Assembly: GCA_010093705.1 (NCBI GenBank)
Contig: MU006104.1
Coordinates: 186,001-250,000 of the forward strand
Source: Patellaria atrata CBS 101060
Lineage: Eukaryota
Length of the DNA: 64,000 bases
Direction: 5' to 3'
Part shown: positions 12,901 through 27,501 of the stretch, one piece after another
Numbering within the stretch: position 1 is the first letter of the stretch
Layout of the letters: each line of letters opens with the position of its first letter
Made by a program: the position numbers and the translations under genes
Notes under the pieces: model-generated
Told to the model about the DNA's origin: nothing
Seen by the model: the letters and a program-made list of their open reading frames with translations, nothing else
Databases searched by the model: none

Positions 12901-13620
12901 GCAGAAACAGAAGGGGGTCGAACAACAGACGCTGCTTTTTCGCGTGGCGCTTTGGCAGGCTTATCTTTGGTGGAAGCGACATTTACTGGTTGAACTTTGA
13001 TAGCAAATGCAGGGAGAGTCGGTGCCTTGGCTGGTATCGTAATGGGAATTCGACATAGCTCCGGTTCGCGGGCAAGGCGTGGGAACGAGAGCGTGTCAGT
13101 TGGGGTACTTTTGCAGCGAAGGACGACAATCTCGATTGTTCCTATTCCTCCGATAATATCAGGGTCGTTAATTAGAATAGCATCAGCTTGAACTGCGGTA
13201 AAAAAAAAAAATAAGGTTTGTTAGCACATTCAAAAGGCATAAACTTTATAGAAGCGGAGCGAACAGACCTATATTGAGTTTATCAAAACGCCATTCGCGA
13301 CCGATGAACATCCCATCGGCTTTCTTCTCCTCTTTTTGTCGTACGCGAAAGTCGACACTTGAAGGTCCGACGTCGCTATCAGCAACTAAGTCACGTCTGT
13401 TGCGATTACATTGATAGACACCGTCCATGTAGACGAACATAGCTAGGCCTTGTGCAATGAATCCTGAAGAAGAAAGATGAACACTAAATGCTGCGGGCTC
13501 ATCTGGTATCGCGACGTAACATTCGACGAAACCATCTTTGTAAACCACTCTGTACTCTTTCAGAGGTGTCCCGGACGAGGTGAGCTCGATAGAGCAGGAA
13601 AGTTGTTTGAGGTCTGGCAT
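9932..13620 (-). CDS. Large hypothetical protein: conserved-looking N-terminal domain (DUF7918-like) plus Asn/Gly/Trp-rich disordered region
   Basis: Five exons join four track ORFs plus the 13246-13620 ORF via introns 13193-13268, 12153-12200, 11543-11596 (GC-AG) and 10268-10322; GTIEIVVLRC motif. Confidence 0.7.
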
Positions 13621-14953
13621 TGCGTGCTAAGCAGTCTCCAGTTTTGAGAGATAAAGGAGTTATGATCAATCGAAGAACGGGAGGCAGCAATGATGTGGGA
13701 AAGGAAGAGTGTGGGTGGTAGAGGTTAGGCAAGGTCGGAAGCGGGTTGAGTACCTTATCGAGATCACGGGACGGGGCGTGAATGTAGTACGCAATCTCAC
13801 ATAGAAAAATGCAAACACAATTGCAGAATACAAAGAAAGTTGGGCAATGCAGGATGCTTCATGGGGAGGTAGAACAAGCCATATCGCGTCACCTGAACGG
13901 GCCCAGTAGAAATACTATACAAAACTGCTTAATATATGAGAGTCTTTGAAGCTAACTCTTTTCTAAACCTCTGATGAAGAGAAAAAATTAGAGAGGATGT
14001 ATGGAAAAGTGCCAGCAGTACTGCAACGACACGGATATCCCTTGTGAGATGCGAGATACTTTATTTCCCATCGTGACAGTTCCATCTGGCATGATATAGC
14101 GACATCTACATCTATTGCAGCTCCTCCCGTAAAATACGGCGATTTGTGCTTTTCCATTACGAATTGATATCCAGATGTACATGAGGTCTCGCAGAACGTC
14201 ATCCCAGCGCATCCACCCCGACTGTATACTCGTACGTATCCAACAGAAGGCCCAAAAAAAAGAAAAAAATAAAGTTAGACGAGTAAAAATAGAAAGAGAG
14301 TAGAAAACGAGGTTAAAAAAATGGTGTTCCGCCGCGGTGAAGTCGGGATTCGAACTTAGACTATAAGGAAATTGGATAGGATAGCTGACAAAGGAGAGGA
14401 CCAATATCAAGACTATCGGTTAGGAGACGAGTTATAAAGGAAGGGTACGGGAGAGTTAAGGTAGTAAGTCGCGTGGGTTTCTTTATTGCCACTGGGGATG
14501 TGATCGTGGTATACTTCATTTTGTTGGATATGTGAGTTCGTTATGTTGTTATGGGCTTGTATATCTCAAAAGGTATTGCCTATCTACCTTAGGTTAAGAT
14601 ACCGTATCTACCTTAGTGTTCAAAAGGGGAGGAACGACGTGAGGCTCGGCCAGCCTTTTAAATATAGTAATAGAGGTGCAAACAGTCCAAACGTTGGACC
14701 CCATGAGATGATATTCCCATTGGAACGAAAATAAATTGAGAAAGATATTTAAGTGATATTCATTAAGTAAATTCTGCCTGTCTCGAAATTTGCAAATCTC
14801 TCGAAATGATGAGAGTGGCTATCTTCACATTCAGAAGAATTGGTATCTATGTATGCCTCTATTCCCGGGGACACCATGCTGAACTCAGATATATGTGCTT
14901 TATACACGTCACTGGATCATCTAATGATGATACCACAAAGAGCCATTCATCTC

Positions 14954-16255
14954 CTATGTACCGTTCGTGATCTTTGATGACCCGACGGCCTTCTCTAGGG
15001 CCTGCAAAATATCCTTCCTCAAGTCTTCTCCGTCCTCGATTCCGCAGCTTACTCTAACGAGGTCATCCCACACACCGGCCGCCTCTCTCTGCTCTCTCGG
15101 AATACCTGCATGCGTCATGCTACCTGGAACCTCTACCAGGCTTTCCACCCCGCCTAGGGATTCTGCTAGCGTAAAAATCTTCGTCTGCTGGCAGAATCGT
15201 TCTGCTGCTTCTTTCCCGCCATGGATGCGGAAAGATAGCATTCCACCACCCATTCCATTGCGGTGTTGTTTCTGCGTGATGTGATACTGTGGATGTGTGG
15301 ACAGACCGGGATAATTGACAGAAATGACGTGGGGAGATGAAGCGAGAGTTTTGGCGACTATCGTAGCATTTGTAGTTGCTTCCCTAGCTCGAAGATGTAA
15401 AGTCTTTAGACCACGGTGAGCGAGCCAGCAATCGAAGGGCGAAGGAACTGCACCAATAGCGTTTTGAAGGAAAGAGAGTCTGTCAAAGAGTTCCGGCGAG
15501 TTGAAGGCCGCTGCGCCCATAAGGACGTCGCTATGACCATTTATGTACTTAGTCACGGAATGTACAACAATATCCGCGCCATGGTCCAGTGGATTTTGCA
15601 CATAAGGTGAGAGGAAGGTGTTGTCTACGACAACGTGTATTCCGTGGTTGTGTGCAACACTTGCTACTGCTCGAATATCTACCAAGCTCAAAGTAGGATT
15701 GCTAGGAGTCTCAATCCAAATGAGCCTCGTTTCGTTCGGTCGGATGAGTTGTGCAACGTCTACTTCGATGTTCGGAGAGAAGGTTACTTGTACGCCATGC
15801 GCCGCAGCAACCTTTGTGAAGTACCGGTGAGTGCCACCATAAACATCAGATATGGAGATGACATGGCTTCCAGCGGCTAGGGACTGCAAGATGGTAGCCG
15901 TAGTTGCGGAGCCAGATGAGAATGCGAGGGCGAAACGGGCATGTTCGAGCGCCGCAATAGCCTTCTCGAAGTTGTCTCTACGCGTCAATATGGTCAGCGT
16001 CTAAAAGATTGAAGAATGAATACAGAAGATAAGTAATATTTACCTGTTGGGGTTCAAGCTTCTCGTATACTCGTAAAGTCCTACCGGTTTCCCAACAGCG
16101 GATTGCGCAAAAGTAGTGGATAGAGATATCGACTCGATAACAGCGCCAGTCACTGGATCGTGAGGAGAGCCAGCGTGTACTGCCAGAGTTCCAAATTGGT
16201 TCACCGGACTTGGTGGACGAGGTGGTGTCTCGATCGTATCTTGTGTTTGGGTCAT
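14954..16255 (-). CDS. CYS3: Cystathionine gamma-lyase
   Basis: YEYTRS, WIETPSNPTL, VDNTF, PLP lysine motif HSVTKYINGHSD, LAESLGGVESL; one intron at about 15978-16043. Confidence 0.95.
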
Positions 16256-17272
16256 TGCGGGGACGAAGGGAGGAACTTGAGGTGAGTTTGTGGAGGGGAA
16301 TAGTTATCGGCGTGTAAGAAACAGGAAGATATCTAATGGGAGGACAAGGAGAATGCAGATGTCGACCGCGAAAGGAATTTCGGGTTGGATAGCTCTCTAT
16401 ATAAAGTCATGTCCATGTTAGAAGTCTAGCCAATTCATACCGATGGCGGGGAAATGAATATCAGGTTGGTAAGCGGATAAGGTGGGACTGGAACATGCTC
16501 CAACTACACAAAGAGGTCTCCATGGAGAAAGCGATGGCGCAATTCTTGGTGGCGCGACTTAATTGTAAATCGTGACAAGGAGAACTTCCCAGCATTGAAG
16601 AATTAATAATTAGCCCGTACTCTCAAAGGCAAATAACCGCGCTTACACAGTAAACCTACTCTATGCGAGCTGCGAGCTTTGACCGAAGCGGCCCAGCTAG
16701 AACTACCTTAACCGTGTACAGAATAGGACAATAGGTTCAGTAATATCTATCTCTAATCAATAAACCTCGCTTTAGCAGTTCAAGTCAACAGAATATTGGT
16801 TCACCACAGTTTCTCAGATCCTAAAGTCAAGTAGAGATTGAGTTTAATAATTCAACCACCGGTGATCGTAGTGAAACGACGGATGTGCATAGTCCATTCG
16901 CTCAATATCATGACTGCAGGTGTAATAGACGGGAGATCATAGATGCTACCTTATGTGATCCTCGAGTTTAGTACCTAAAAGGCGTGAAATGATCAGTCTA
17001 GATAATTATCTTATAGGAGGCTTTGTTCCATTTTCTGAATCAAGAATAACGAAAGGCGTCTGTGCTGCTAAAGGAGATCACGATTGACCTATATGAACTG
17101 CGAACCCGCTGAGGATGGAAGAATTCACCTAGAAGTTAGAAGGATTGCACTTAAGTCTCCAGAACCTATAGTCCGAGAGGTCGTTTCATTCATACTTTTG
17201 CAATTGCATTTGATCATCTAAGCCTAATACATCGCAAGTAACATGCCCGGAAACCCCTTCCGAATCCCAAAT

Positions 17273-18079
<807 letters not shown>

Positions 18080-18533
18080 ATTTGCGGCGGTATCGAAGTG
18101 CAACTGTCAAAATTAAGAGAGATGTCGCAAGTTGTTGATGAAGAGGGTTCACTTTGTGGTTGACGATGGAGCGGCAACTGTGTGGGCATGACTAAACTCG
18201 CTTAAGCCATCAAAGCCTTGGCATATAATTTTGTATTGATATACAGATGCAAGATCATCACATGAAGACTATAAGCTCATTTGGCCGTGATTCAAATCAT
18301 AATTGAGTATCAGAGACCGTGGCTTAGATTTTAGTTTAGAGAACTATGGGCCTTGCGATTCTAGATACGGTATGTTGGTTTGAAGTAGGGACACTATATC
18401 CCAGTAGACATTCGAACTTCCGTGATTTATCCACACCACTCTATCATGTTCCTTGCCAATCCTATTGCTTTCCACGCCTTGACATACGCTGAAGTTGACA
18501 CTACAACAATGAAGGCTCTCCATCTAGGATTGT

Positions 18534-18933
18534 CTAATCGAAGAGACCGAAGCCCATGTCCTCGTCAGACTCCTCTTTCTCCTCTTCTTCCTCTGGCTTC
18601 TTCTCTTCGGGCGCATCTGCAGCACCACCTGAAGTGGCACCACCGGAACCAGCGCTAGCACCACCAGCACCACCGGATGGGACAGACGCGAGCTTGGTAG
18701 AACCTTCAGCGATGAGCTATGAGATTATGTTAGCATAGGCCCACGGCATAAAACAATGTGGGTATTCCGCGCACCTCGTTTAAGTCCTTGCCCTCAAGTT
18801 CTGAGAGAAGCTTTTCAAGGCGGTCATCGTCGGCCTCGATGCCGACAGAGTCCAATACACCCTTGATGTCTTTCGCCGAGGGACTGCTGTTTCCAGCGAG
18901 GCCGAGAAGAAGGTAAGCTGCGAGATGCTTCAT
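18534..18933 (-). CDS. RPP2: 60S acidic ribosomal protein P2
   Basis: [10 protein letters not shown]...[17 protein letters not shown]-terminus; one intron at about 18718-18774. Confidence 0.95.
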
Positions 18934-19553
18934 TTTGATAGCTGAATCGCGTTAAATTCTGTCTATGAAGTAGAAAATGCGAAGAACGCCCGCACAATTG
19001 CTGATTAGGAAAGTTGACCGATAGAGTGCAGACTCACTATTTGAATATGAACTGGTTTAGAACAAGAGATTCAATCGATTTAACCGGATTGCCGGAGACT
19101 GAAACGTCAGGTTCTTGAGGAGGTTATGTAGTTGTTTGAACTGTGATTGAGAGATGCGTTGCAGCCATAGAAGCTTATGGACTTCGGAATGTGTGAGTGC
19201 CAAGGGCCGCTAGTTGCCCCTCGCTTGAGCGTATTGTTACAAAGCCTTTGATTGATTGCAGGCGCAATTTTAAGTGGACAGTTAGATGTTTGTGTTACAT
19301 AACACTTGTATTGAAAGGTAATCGTCATCTTTGCTGGCATATTTAGGACTCTGGACGTCCACTTCACCCACTGCACTCACTTCTACCAGACCAGCCTGGG
19401 CTAGCCAAAGGTTACGCCCTCACTGCGCGTTGGCGCTCTTATTTAAAATCTTCCGAGCACTCCTTTTCCACTTCTTCTAACACCGGCATGCTTTTATTCT
19501 TACAAAGCCCACGCCCATAAGTGTCGCACTAGTTCCCTTATCATATCCACGCC

Positions 19554-20716
19554 ATGAGCACTGTGAGTCATAAGCTTCTTCATCCCCTTTGTTGCTGATC
19601 GCTGATCTATTTTTCTAGTTTATATCGTCTTTAATCGCATCTATTGAGGGGAATGGGGGTCAACCACAGTCTCCCACTGACGTGACTCGGCCTGTGGCAA
19701 AGAGCGGTGTTGCTGGAGGCTCAACTGCAGCCCGAACGTCCGGTTCGAACGGTATTCCCGCAAAACGCAAGGCGGAAGAGGATGCGAATAAATCCATGCA
19801 AGCTAAGACGCAACGGGTTGGAGGAGAGGCCGGAATCACGAGAAAGCCTATTTCAAGCGGGCCGCCCACGCCTACAGCGGTCGCGAAACCATCGGTATCT
19901 CAAAGTGGTAATCAAATGCCTTATCGTGGAACAGTTGGCGGTCCATCATCGACACCCAAACCTGCAGTAAAAGCAAGTTCCAACGGAGTTGTCGCATCCT
20001 CTACCTCTAAGGCAACAACTAACAACGCGACGCAATCGGTTTCGGCACCAGCTCCTAAGAAGGGATATCTTGCTATACTAGCGAGAGCAAATCAGTCCTC
20101 CACTAAACAGGTTCCAGTTGGAACGATCGTTCATAAACCTGTTGAAAAAGTCTCTAAGAAGGAGAGGTTAGGACTGCAAGCTGAGGCTGCGAAGGCGGGT
20201 TTCCCAGTTGGAAAGGACAAGAAAGCGCCCTTAAATAATCGTCCTAGTACATCGTCCGGAGCCACATTCAAATCCATTGCTCCGATTAAGGAAAAGAAGA
20301 AACCCGTCGAATTAGAATACAAGGGTACCATGAGAAAGACGCCGACAGAGTCCGCTTACAAGGGAACAATCAACCGCGCACCCGTTTCCAAATCTGGGAT
20401 TGGTCAGTCACGTATCCAGGCAACAGGTAGTGGCCGTGGATTGCCAGCTTCTAAGAAGCCCCGTATGGCGGGCTATGCAAGTTATTCCGAAGAGGATCTG
20501 GATGACGAAGAAGATGATTACGCATCGGACGGGTCCTCCGCTATGGAAGCCGGCGCATTTGATCTCGATGAAGAGGAACAGTTCAGCTTGGCTGTTGCAA
20601 GGAAGGAAGATGAAGAGGCTTTGAAGGAGGAGACTGCGCATCAACGTGAGAAAGCGGCTCGAAAGAAGAGGCTCGCAGAAATGGCTGCGGCTGCCGCGAA
20701 GAAGAAGCGCTATTAG
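19554..20716 (+). CDS. SPT2: SPT2 chromatin protein
   Basis: 3-codon first exon, intron 19563-19618; basic low-complexity body; C-terminal SSAMEAGAFDLDEEEQFSLAVARKEDEEALKEE. Confidence 0.8.
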
Positions 20717-21611
20717 ACCCTTTAAGCTCACAAGGTGTTTTCCCATGGTTTTCCTTTGGTCTCACTCGGTCACGTTTAGCGGCATTGGACACGGCATGGC
20801 GTTAAAAGCTACATCATTCATCAGTGCCATTAGCGGGCGTCTGTCATTGGGGAGGTGGTTAGGCATTATCGGAGGAGTCTTTCTGCTTCTAATAGACTCC
20901 AGTTGTGATGGATCATCATGACACTCCTGTACAAATGCAAATTTGTTCAACTTGCTTTATTATGTAATTTAAACCTTTCAATTAAAGCTTGTTCCGTGTA
21001 TCTTTTCTGAATTCAATCTGATGTCCAAGCATGAATAGTTTCTCAGCAAATGTAAAGTGTCAAATTAAGAACCTCCAGGGGTCCGATCTCTCGGCCCTAT
21101 GTTATCAGTCGTATATTTGATAATATCTCAGTTAAAAAGATGCACTCACGTGCTTGTGGAATCCCTCTTCCCGGTAAGATATAAAATCTCCAAACAAATC
21201 CGATTAGTCTTACTATTCTTTTGTCGTACATTATGGATGTATTCAAAACGGAACGAACGCCTGTTTCATCTTCAAGTAATGCGAGAATATTGTGAGTTAA
21301 GGTGGGCCTCCATATGTCAATGCAGAGAGTGTTATAGTACTACATAGTGTCAGGGATTAAACTTATAGGGAAGCACACGCGAACTAATCACTCTGATAAG
21401 TGCAAAAGTACGGTTAGGCGCAAGCTGACGGCCTTTCCAACTGAGTAATTCCTAGACGAAGTCACATCCTATGCCAACCCATCACCAAACGCTAGACGGA
21501 TAATCCGTTGGTATAGCTCGTAGCACACAAATCGTAAACCCAGCTCTCATAACCCCCAAGTACCAAACAATTGCCAATCCCACAATATCTAGACTTGAGC
21601 TTGCTCAACTC

Positions 21612-22729
21612 TCATCTCCTCGTCCGAAGCACTCTTCCACCCGTGATTGGTTCAGCCTCTTTCTTTGCTGCTTCAGATTGTTTAATTCTCGCGTTAGCTG
21701 CAGCTACTGCTCTTCCGACAACGCTTCGTTTCACTTCAGGCGCTCCTTTCTTTGTCACAATTGTAGTCCCGGCACTCGAATCCGACGCGTTGCTTCCGTC
21801 ACTTGGGATCCGTCCCCGAGCTCCTTTCGGCTGAGCCGGTGCTGCAGGTGCAGCACGCTTACCACGTACCGTACTAGTTGTGGTTGTAGTTGCCGTAGCA
21901 GCTCTGCTTGTGGTACGGGGGGGAGGTTTCGGTCTCTCCGCTACAGTTCTTGAGGTCGCTGGGGGTGCTGATACGGAGGGTTTGATTGGTGAAGTGGGAC
22001 GCATGAAGTTTGGTTTGCCCAAACCGTTTCCGTCCTTTAGTGGTGAACGAGGAAGGGTACGCGAATTGTTTGATTTTGGTGATAGCACTTGCGATGGGTT
22101 GACCTTGCGAGATGTGGTGCGGGTTGCGCGAGGTAGAGGTTGCGATGCGGTTGCTGTCTTTGCGCGTTTCTTAGGCATACTGAGATCCTCAGCGTGGGCA
22201 TTTTCCTTGTCTGAGGTCATGGACATTTCAATACTACACGGAATTAGTCTTATTAAGAACAGCTTTATGAGTGTGGCTGAGGTCTTACCTTGCACGTTTT
22301 ACCCCTTTCAATGGTACTGGACTCGCCTTTCCTTTCCCACCAGCCCTTGGTCGCGGTGGAGGTGGCATTGCCTCGATGCTGGGTTTTACAACCACAGGAG
22401 CGGGCTCGATCGGCTTCCGTGGTGCAGCTTGCTGCGAATGTTTGTTGATAAGTTCCATAATATTGGTCTCACGTAGAGTCTGTGGTATTCTGTGAACCCG
22501 CATCTCTAACCGTGCTTTCAGTCCTTGTGCGCGAAGGGCATATTGAGCGCGTAGTTTTCTTGCTCTCTCTGTAACTAGAAACTCTTCAGTTATTTCCCCA
22601 TGAATATGGGCTAGTAACTATACTTTCTAATTGTAGATTATCCATAAGTGCTTGCTTTTGCGCCGCGGTTATCATTCCCCTCCTCTTGCTGGGACTCCGC
22701 TCCAGAGTCGTTGTGGATGTTTTTGGCAT
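21612..22729 (-). CDS. NBL1: Borealin/Nbl1 N-terminal domain protein (chromosomal passenger complex)
   Basis: ITAAQKQALMDNLQLE|ITERARKLRAQYALRAQGLKARLEMRVHRIP; two introns; start codon less certain. Confidence 0.8.
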
Positions 22730-23182
22730 ATCTATATTGAGACACGCCCAATTTGCTATTTGAAAGCGCGTCAGAAACCTTATAACGGTGGTGGGTACGT
22801 TGAAGTTGTCAAGTATAGATTGTCTTAAGTTGGAGTAGAGAACCTTAAGTTATTGTAAACAAAGCGATGAGCCGCATCACTTGGCGCATGTAACTTGAGG
22901 CTGATAGGTCGGAATGGGTTTAGCTGTCCGTGCACTAGGACGTTTACCTTACCTTACAACCTGGGCTACCTTAAGGTATTAGAGCTCTTTCAATACTCAT
23001 TACAGTCCACGAATACCTTAAAAGCTTGAGTCACACCTTCAACTAATTGTACTGCTCTATTAGGCTTTATCACTTCCCCTCTTCTCCCACAAGGAAGCGC
23101 CACTTTTGGTTTCGTATAGCTCCACAAGGCATAACGCCGCTCGGGATCTTTGCTTATATACGTCCATTTTACAACCGCCAAA

Positions 23183-24248
23183 ATGGTGTTAGAGGCGACA
23201 ATGATAGTGTGGGTTCAGCTCTCTCAAGATTCGAAAGCTCTATGCTAACTGGGATATCAGGATAGACAACAGCGAGAGCAGCAGAAATGGAGATTATCTG
23301 TTTGTGACCCTTCCTACCCGTACCGGTCTGTGTTCATGCTGATATGTCTAAGGCCTTCGAGATTTGAGGCTCAAGCAGATACGGTCAACCTCATCTTTTC
23401 TGCGAAGACCGGCGCCAACCCGGAATCCTCAGTAGGCCTTATGAGCATGGGTGGCCAAGGCCCTGAGGTTCTCACCACTCTTACAACAGATATGGGCAAG
23501 ATTCTTGACGGACTACATCGGACAAAGATTCGGGGCACCTCTCACTTTGTGACTGGGATTAATATTGCAGCAGTATGTTCCGACGAAATCTGACCAAACC
23601 CACTCAACACTAACCCCTCATCCTGTTCAGTTGGCCCTCAAACACCGTCAGAATAACTCGCAGCACCAACGGATAATAGTTTTCACCTGTTCACCCATTG
23701 CAGAGGATGAGAAGGCTCTCGTCAAGCTTGCTAAACGAATGAAGAAGTCGAATATCTGTATAGATATCATCGCCTTCGGAGAACTAGCTGATGACACCAC
23801 CAAAAAACTCGAAGCTTTCCAGGAAGCTATCAAGGGTGGGGACGGATCATATCTCGCTATAATACCTCCGGGCCCAAGTCTCCTTAGCGACTCGGTCATC
23901 ACGACACCTATACTCTCCGGAGATAGCCCGGGTGGAGGTGCTGGCATGGGTGGTGCAACTGGTGATAGTGGAGCGGGTGGCGCTACGGAACACGAATTCG
24001 GTGTGGATCCATCACTTGACCCAGAGTTGGCTTTAGCTCTGAGGATGAGTTACGAGGAGGAAAAGCAAAGGCAGGAACGTGAAAGGAAGGAGAAGGAAAA
24101 GGCTGAAGGGAAGACAGACTTGGAAGGGATACCGGAATCAAGCGAGGAGCAACCCCTACTAGACAAGGATGGCCAACCAAGTCGTAGCAAGGAGAATTCG
24201 GGAGATAAGAAGGATAAGGATGACGACGACCGAATGGACACGGCATAA
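23183..24248 (+). CDS. RPN10: 26S proteasome regulatory subunit Rpn10
   Basis: MVLEATMI|DNSESSRNGDY|PSRFEAQ vWA start; UIM DPELALALRMSYEEE; three introns. Confidence 0.95.
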
Positions 24249-24557
24249 GCATGGCACGGTATTGCGAAAAGATAGACTGAATTAGAATTAATTAACTACC
24301 TATCTACGTAGATGCTCTCGGGTGTTATGCTGTAATTCCAATCATGTAGTTCAATTTGCGATTGTGCCCTCATACGAGAGCAATTCGCAGATAAACATCT
24401 CTTCATCCCTGATGAGTCTACTGCCAACTGTGAAGCTTAAACGAACATCCACGGACTTCCCGAAGCTGTGGAATAGTGGCTGGATATAGTTCAAACAACA
24501 AAGAGATCCTAGTATATCCCAATGTGATGACCTCTGGTTCTATCGTGATCCCACCCT

Positions 24558-25052
24558 TTATGCCTTGGCTTTAACAAAACCATCTAATCCCCTATCGAAC
24601 TTCTCACACCGTATAGGCATCTCGACAGTATAGAACGGGTTTTTCATAACATAGTCGGCGTAAAGTTCATAGATTCTCCGTAATATAGCATCGATGTTTG
24701 GTTGATGAGGTTCGGTGAACAACAAGAACTTAGTGCCCGTTATCGTCTGGAAACATTGCATCCGAAACGTCGACGATTCAAGAACCTCAATGCCTGTTGC
24801 CTTGCCTGCGGGAGATGACTCGGACTCGGGGAGCCAACGGTGGGGTGTAAGTGAGCGGGTGATGGCGTGGACGCCGTGAAAGGTGCCGGCAAGAATGAGG
24901 AGGTCATTGCTGCTGAGCTTGTTGAGACCGGAGTGAAATTCACGATTGTATATGAGGCCACCCGCCTTGTTGATGATCAGGAGAGCAAAGACAACCCTAA
25001 TACTATATGTTAGCTCTTGAAGATAGAGGTGGGGTATGGGCAGTATCTACAT
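24558..25052 (-). CDS. TRS23: TRAPP complex subunit Trs23 (sybindin family)
   Basis: MVVFALLIINKAGGLIY...FQTITGTKFLLF...YELYADYVMKNPFY; ATG split by intron 24997-25050. Confidence 0.9.
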
Positions 25053-25782
25053 GACTGCGAGGCAATAGCCTTTTAATTATGAAAACTCAAGGTAGCATAG
25101 TTCTAGTTATTGGTGTAAGGATTGACTTGAAAAGGTAGACTAGGTGCCGTCGATATCAAGTTCTCTCAGTCGATCCAGTACAATTGTGCATGATCACCTC
25201 AGTACCTACAGTGGAGACTAGAAGCGATATGAAGCAAACTTCAGCCTACCTTAAGGTTAACGGGTGCTCGGGACGCTAGAAACTCAAAGTTCCTTTGGAT
25301 CCTGGATGCTGCGACCCCCTGAAAGCCTAGAAGGCCAGCCCCACTAGAACTACCTCTAAGCTCTCACAGCCCATACCCCCTCCCCACCCCTTCTATGTCC
25401 CCCCTCTCACTACCCTCACGTTGGGTTAATTGTCACTCATTTACAGTACGAGAGATAGTGATCTCTTCGCGTCTACTGTACTTTGAACCATCGAAGCTTA
25501 AGGTATGCGACTGCTCTCCAAGAAAGAAAGAAAGAGCCCCTCCACTCTCCGCAGCAACGACAACGCACAAGTCAGGGCAGCATCACAGCCTTACTAAGGT
25601 AGCTTTTGTCTACAGCAGGCATCCAGCCTTTTTCTCAACTATAGGTCTTGTAGTACCACTTACTCCCATAACTATCACTAGAAATTTCCTGGGGCATTCT
25701 AATTCTGCATTCGTCAATACTCATGATATCTCTCTTTTTCCCCATTTTAAAGCTTCAATAGATCCTAAGACTTCGTTTAATC

Positions 25783-27501
25783 ATGTCCGATCAATCTATC
25801 CTCCGCATCACGCGAGTAAGTACCACTGCAGAACTTCTCTTCAGTTACATGAAAGACAATGGAGGCATAAGGCTAATTCACCTTACAGGAAATCATTGCC
25901 ATGCAAAAGGGCTCTGATCTCTGTAAATCCCTCGGCTTGACTTGCCAGTGGCACTTTCTCTGACTATGAATTCTAGCCCTCGCCGTCGCATTCAAAGATA
26001 CTAACGTCCGCAATGTACGAGCCTTGATCATTGGTCCCCCCGAGACACCCTATGAGTTTGGCTTCTTCGAGGTATGGCATCGTCTAGTCTACAAATTCTT
26101 TTTCTCTAACGCCTAGTCATAGTTCGCTGTCAAATTCGGACGAGGTATGCATTCATTCTCCATGCTTTAGATTATTCCTGGACTCATTATGTATTGTAGA
26201 ATATCCAACTAGCGCACCGGCGGTCAATGCTATTACCACGAACGGTGGAAGGACACGCTTCAATCCCAATATATATGGCCAGGGAAAAGTTTGCTTGTGA
26301 GGCGCCAAGCTCATCAGTTCTTTCTGAGCTTAGAGAAAGCTAACTTGGGATGCTTAGGTCGATACTGGGGTACGTAATGGAGAATATCTCGAGGTAACCT
26401 AGGTTCTAAATGCGTTCGTAGAACATGGCGAGGAGAAAGGGGAGAGGAGTGGTCTTCAGCACAGGGACTAGAGTCGATCCTAATCTCCATCCAAAGCCTC
26501 ATGTCCTCTAATCCTTACGAGAATGAACCCGGGTTCGAGGACGCAAAGACAGACTACGACAAGAAAAACCAGGCAGCGTACGTCGCTAAAGTAAGAGCAT
26601 GGCGATCATGTAAACATCTTGATTCCGCTGAGTAGACATTCAGATCACCCACGAAACCATTCGCATATCCATAGCGGACCGTCTGGAAGATTACCTCGGG
26701 ATTAACCGTGCAGCGCCACAAGCTATAACCCTGTACAACGCTGAGGAAGAATGCCAATCTACAATGGACTCCTCACTATTCGAACCTTTCAAAGACCTTT
26801 GCAAACGCCGCTTTCTGTGGTACTATCAGTCCTATCTGCAGACGATCGAAAGAGAGAGTGCTAAGCACAAAGACGGGAAGGTTTTTGATAAGATGCCTTT
26901 TGAGGGTGCGGGTAACACAATGGATGGGACCTTCAACTACACAGATCTTAAAGCTCGCCTCCAAATTATTCGGGAGAAGCTAGACAAAGAAACAGAAGAT
27001 TGGGCGGAGGTGGGTAAACTAGCAGTGAAAGAGGAACGAGGAATTGCTGCAAGTCTACAGCGGCAGTTTGAGCAAACTGTTGAACATTACAAGAGAAATG
27101 ACAGCGTCACCATAGACATGGAGCTTGTGGACAAGAACCCATTCGTTTGGCAATTGGTGCTTTTTGGACGGCCCATGACTAACCTTGATGGCGGACTCTT
27201 CCGGATCAAAATGTATATCAGTACAAAATTCCCAGATGAGCAACCCCGTGTCAAGGTGGAGACGCCAATGTTCCACATCCGGGTTTCTAGTGATGGTACC
27301 CTTTGCTATATTGCGCAAAGACCGGACGATATTCGATCCCACGTTGACGCTATCATCGCGTCTATCGAGGACGATGCTCCTGCTTATGATCCTCGAACTC
27401 TTGTCAATCCTGAAGCCGCAAGATTGTTTTGGGGTTCCTCTGATGAAAAGAAAATGTATAACCGCAAACTTCGCAGATCCGTTCAGGATAGCTCTGAGTA
27501 A
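25783..27501 (+). CDS. Ubiquitin-conjugating enzyme, UBE2Z-like, with a second C-terminal UBC-like domain
   Basis: [48 protein letters not shown] assembled over about 8 exons, including a 12-nt microexon at 26358-26369. Confidence 0.85.

Noticed and set aside
14325..14360. Minus-strand GTTCGAATCCCGACTTCACC followed by a T run, like a tRNA 3' end
   Set aside because: The 5' partner strands are absent; at most an isolated B-box
14806..14882. ATGATGA...CTGA spaced like a C/D snoRNA
   Set aside because: No rRNA-complementary guide or terminal stem that I could recognise
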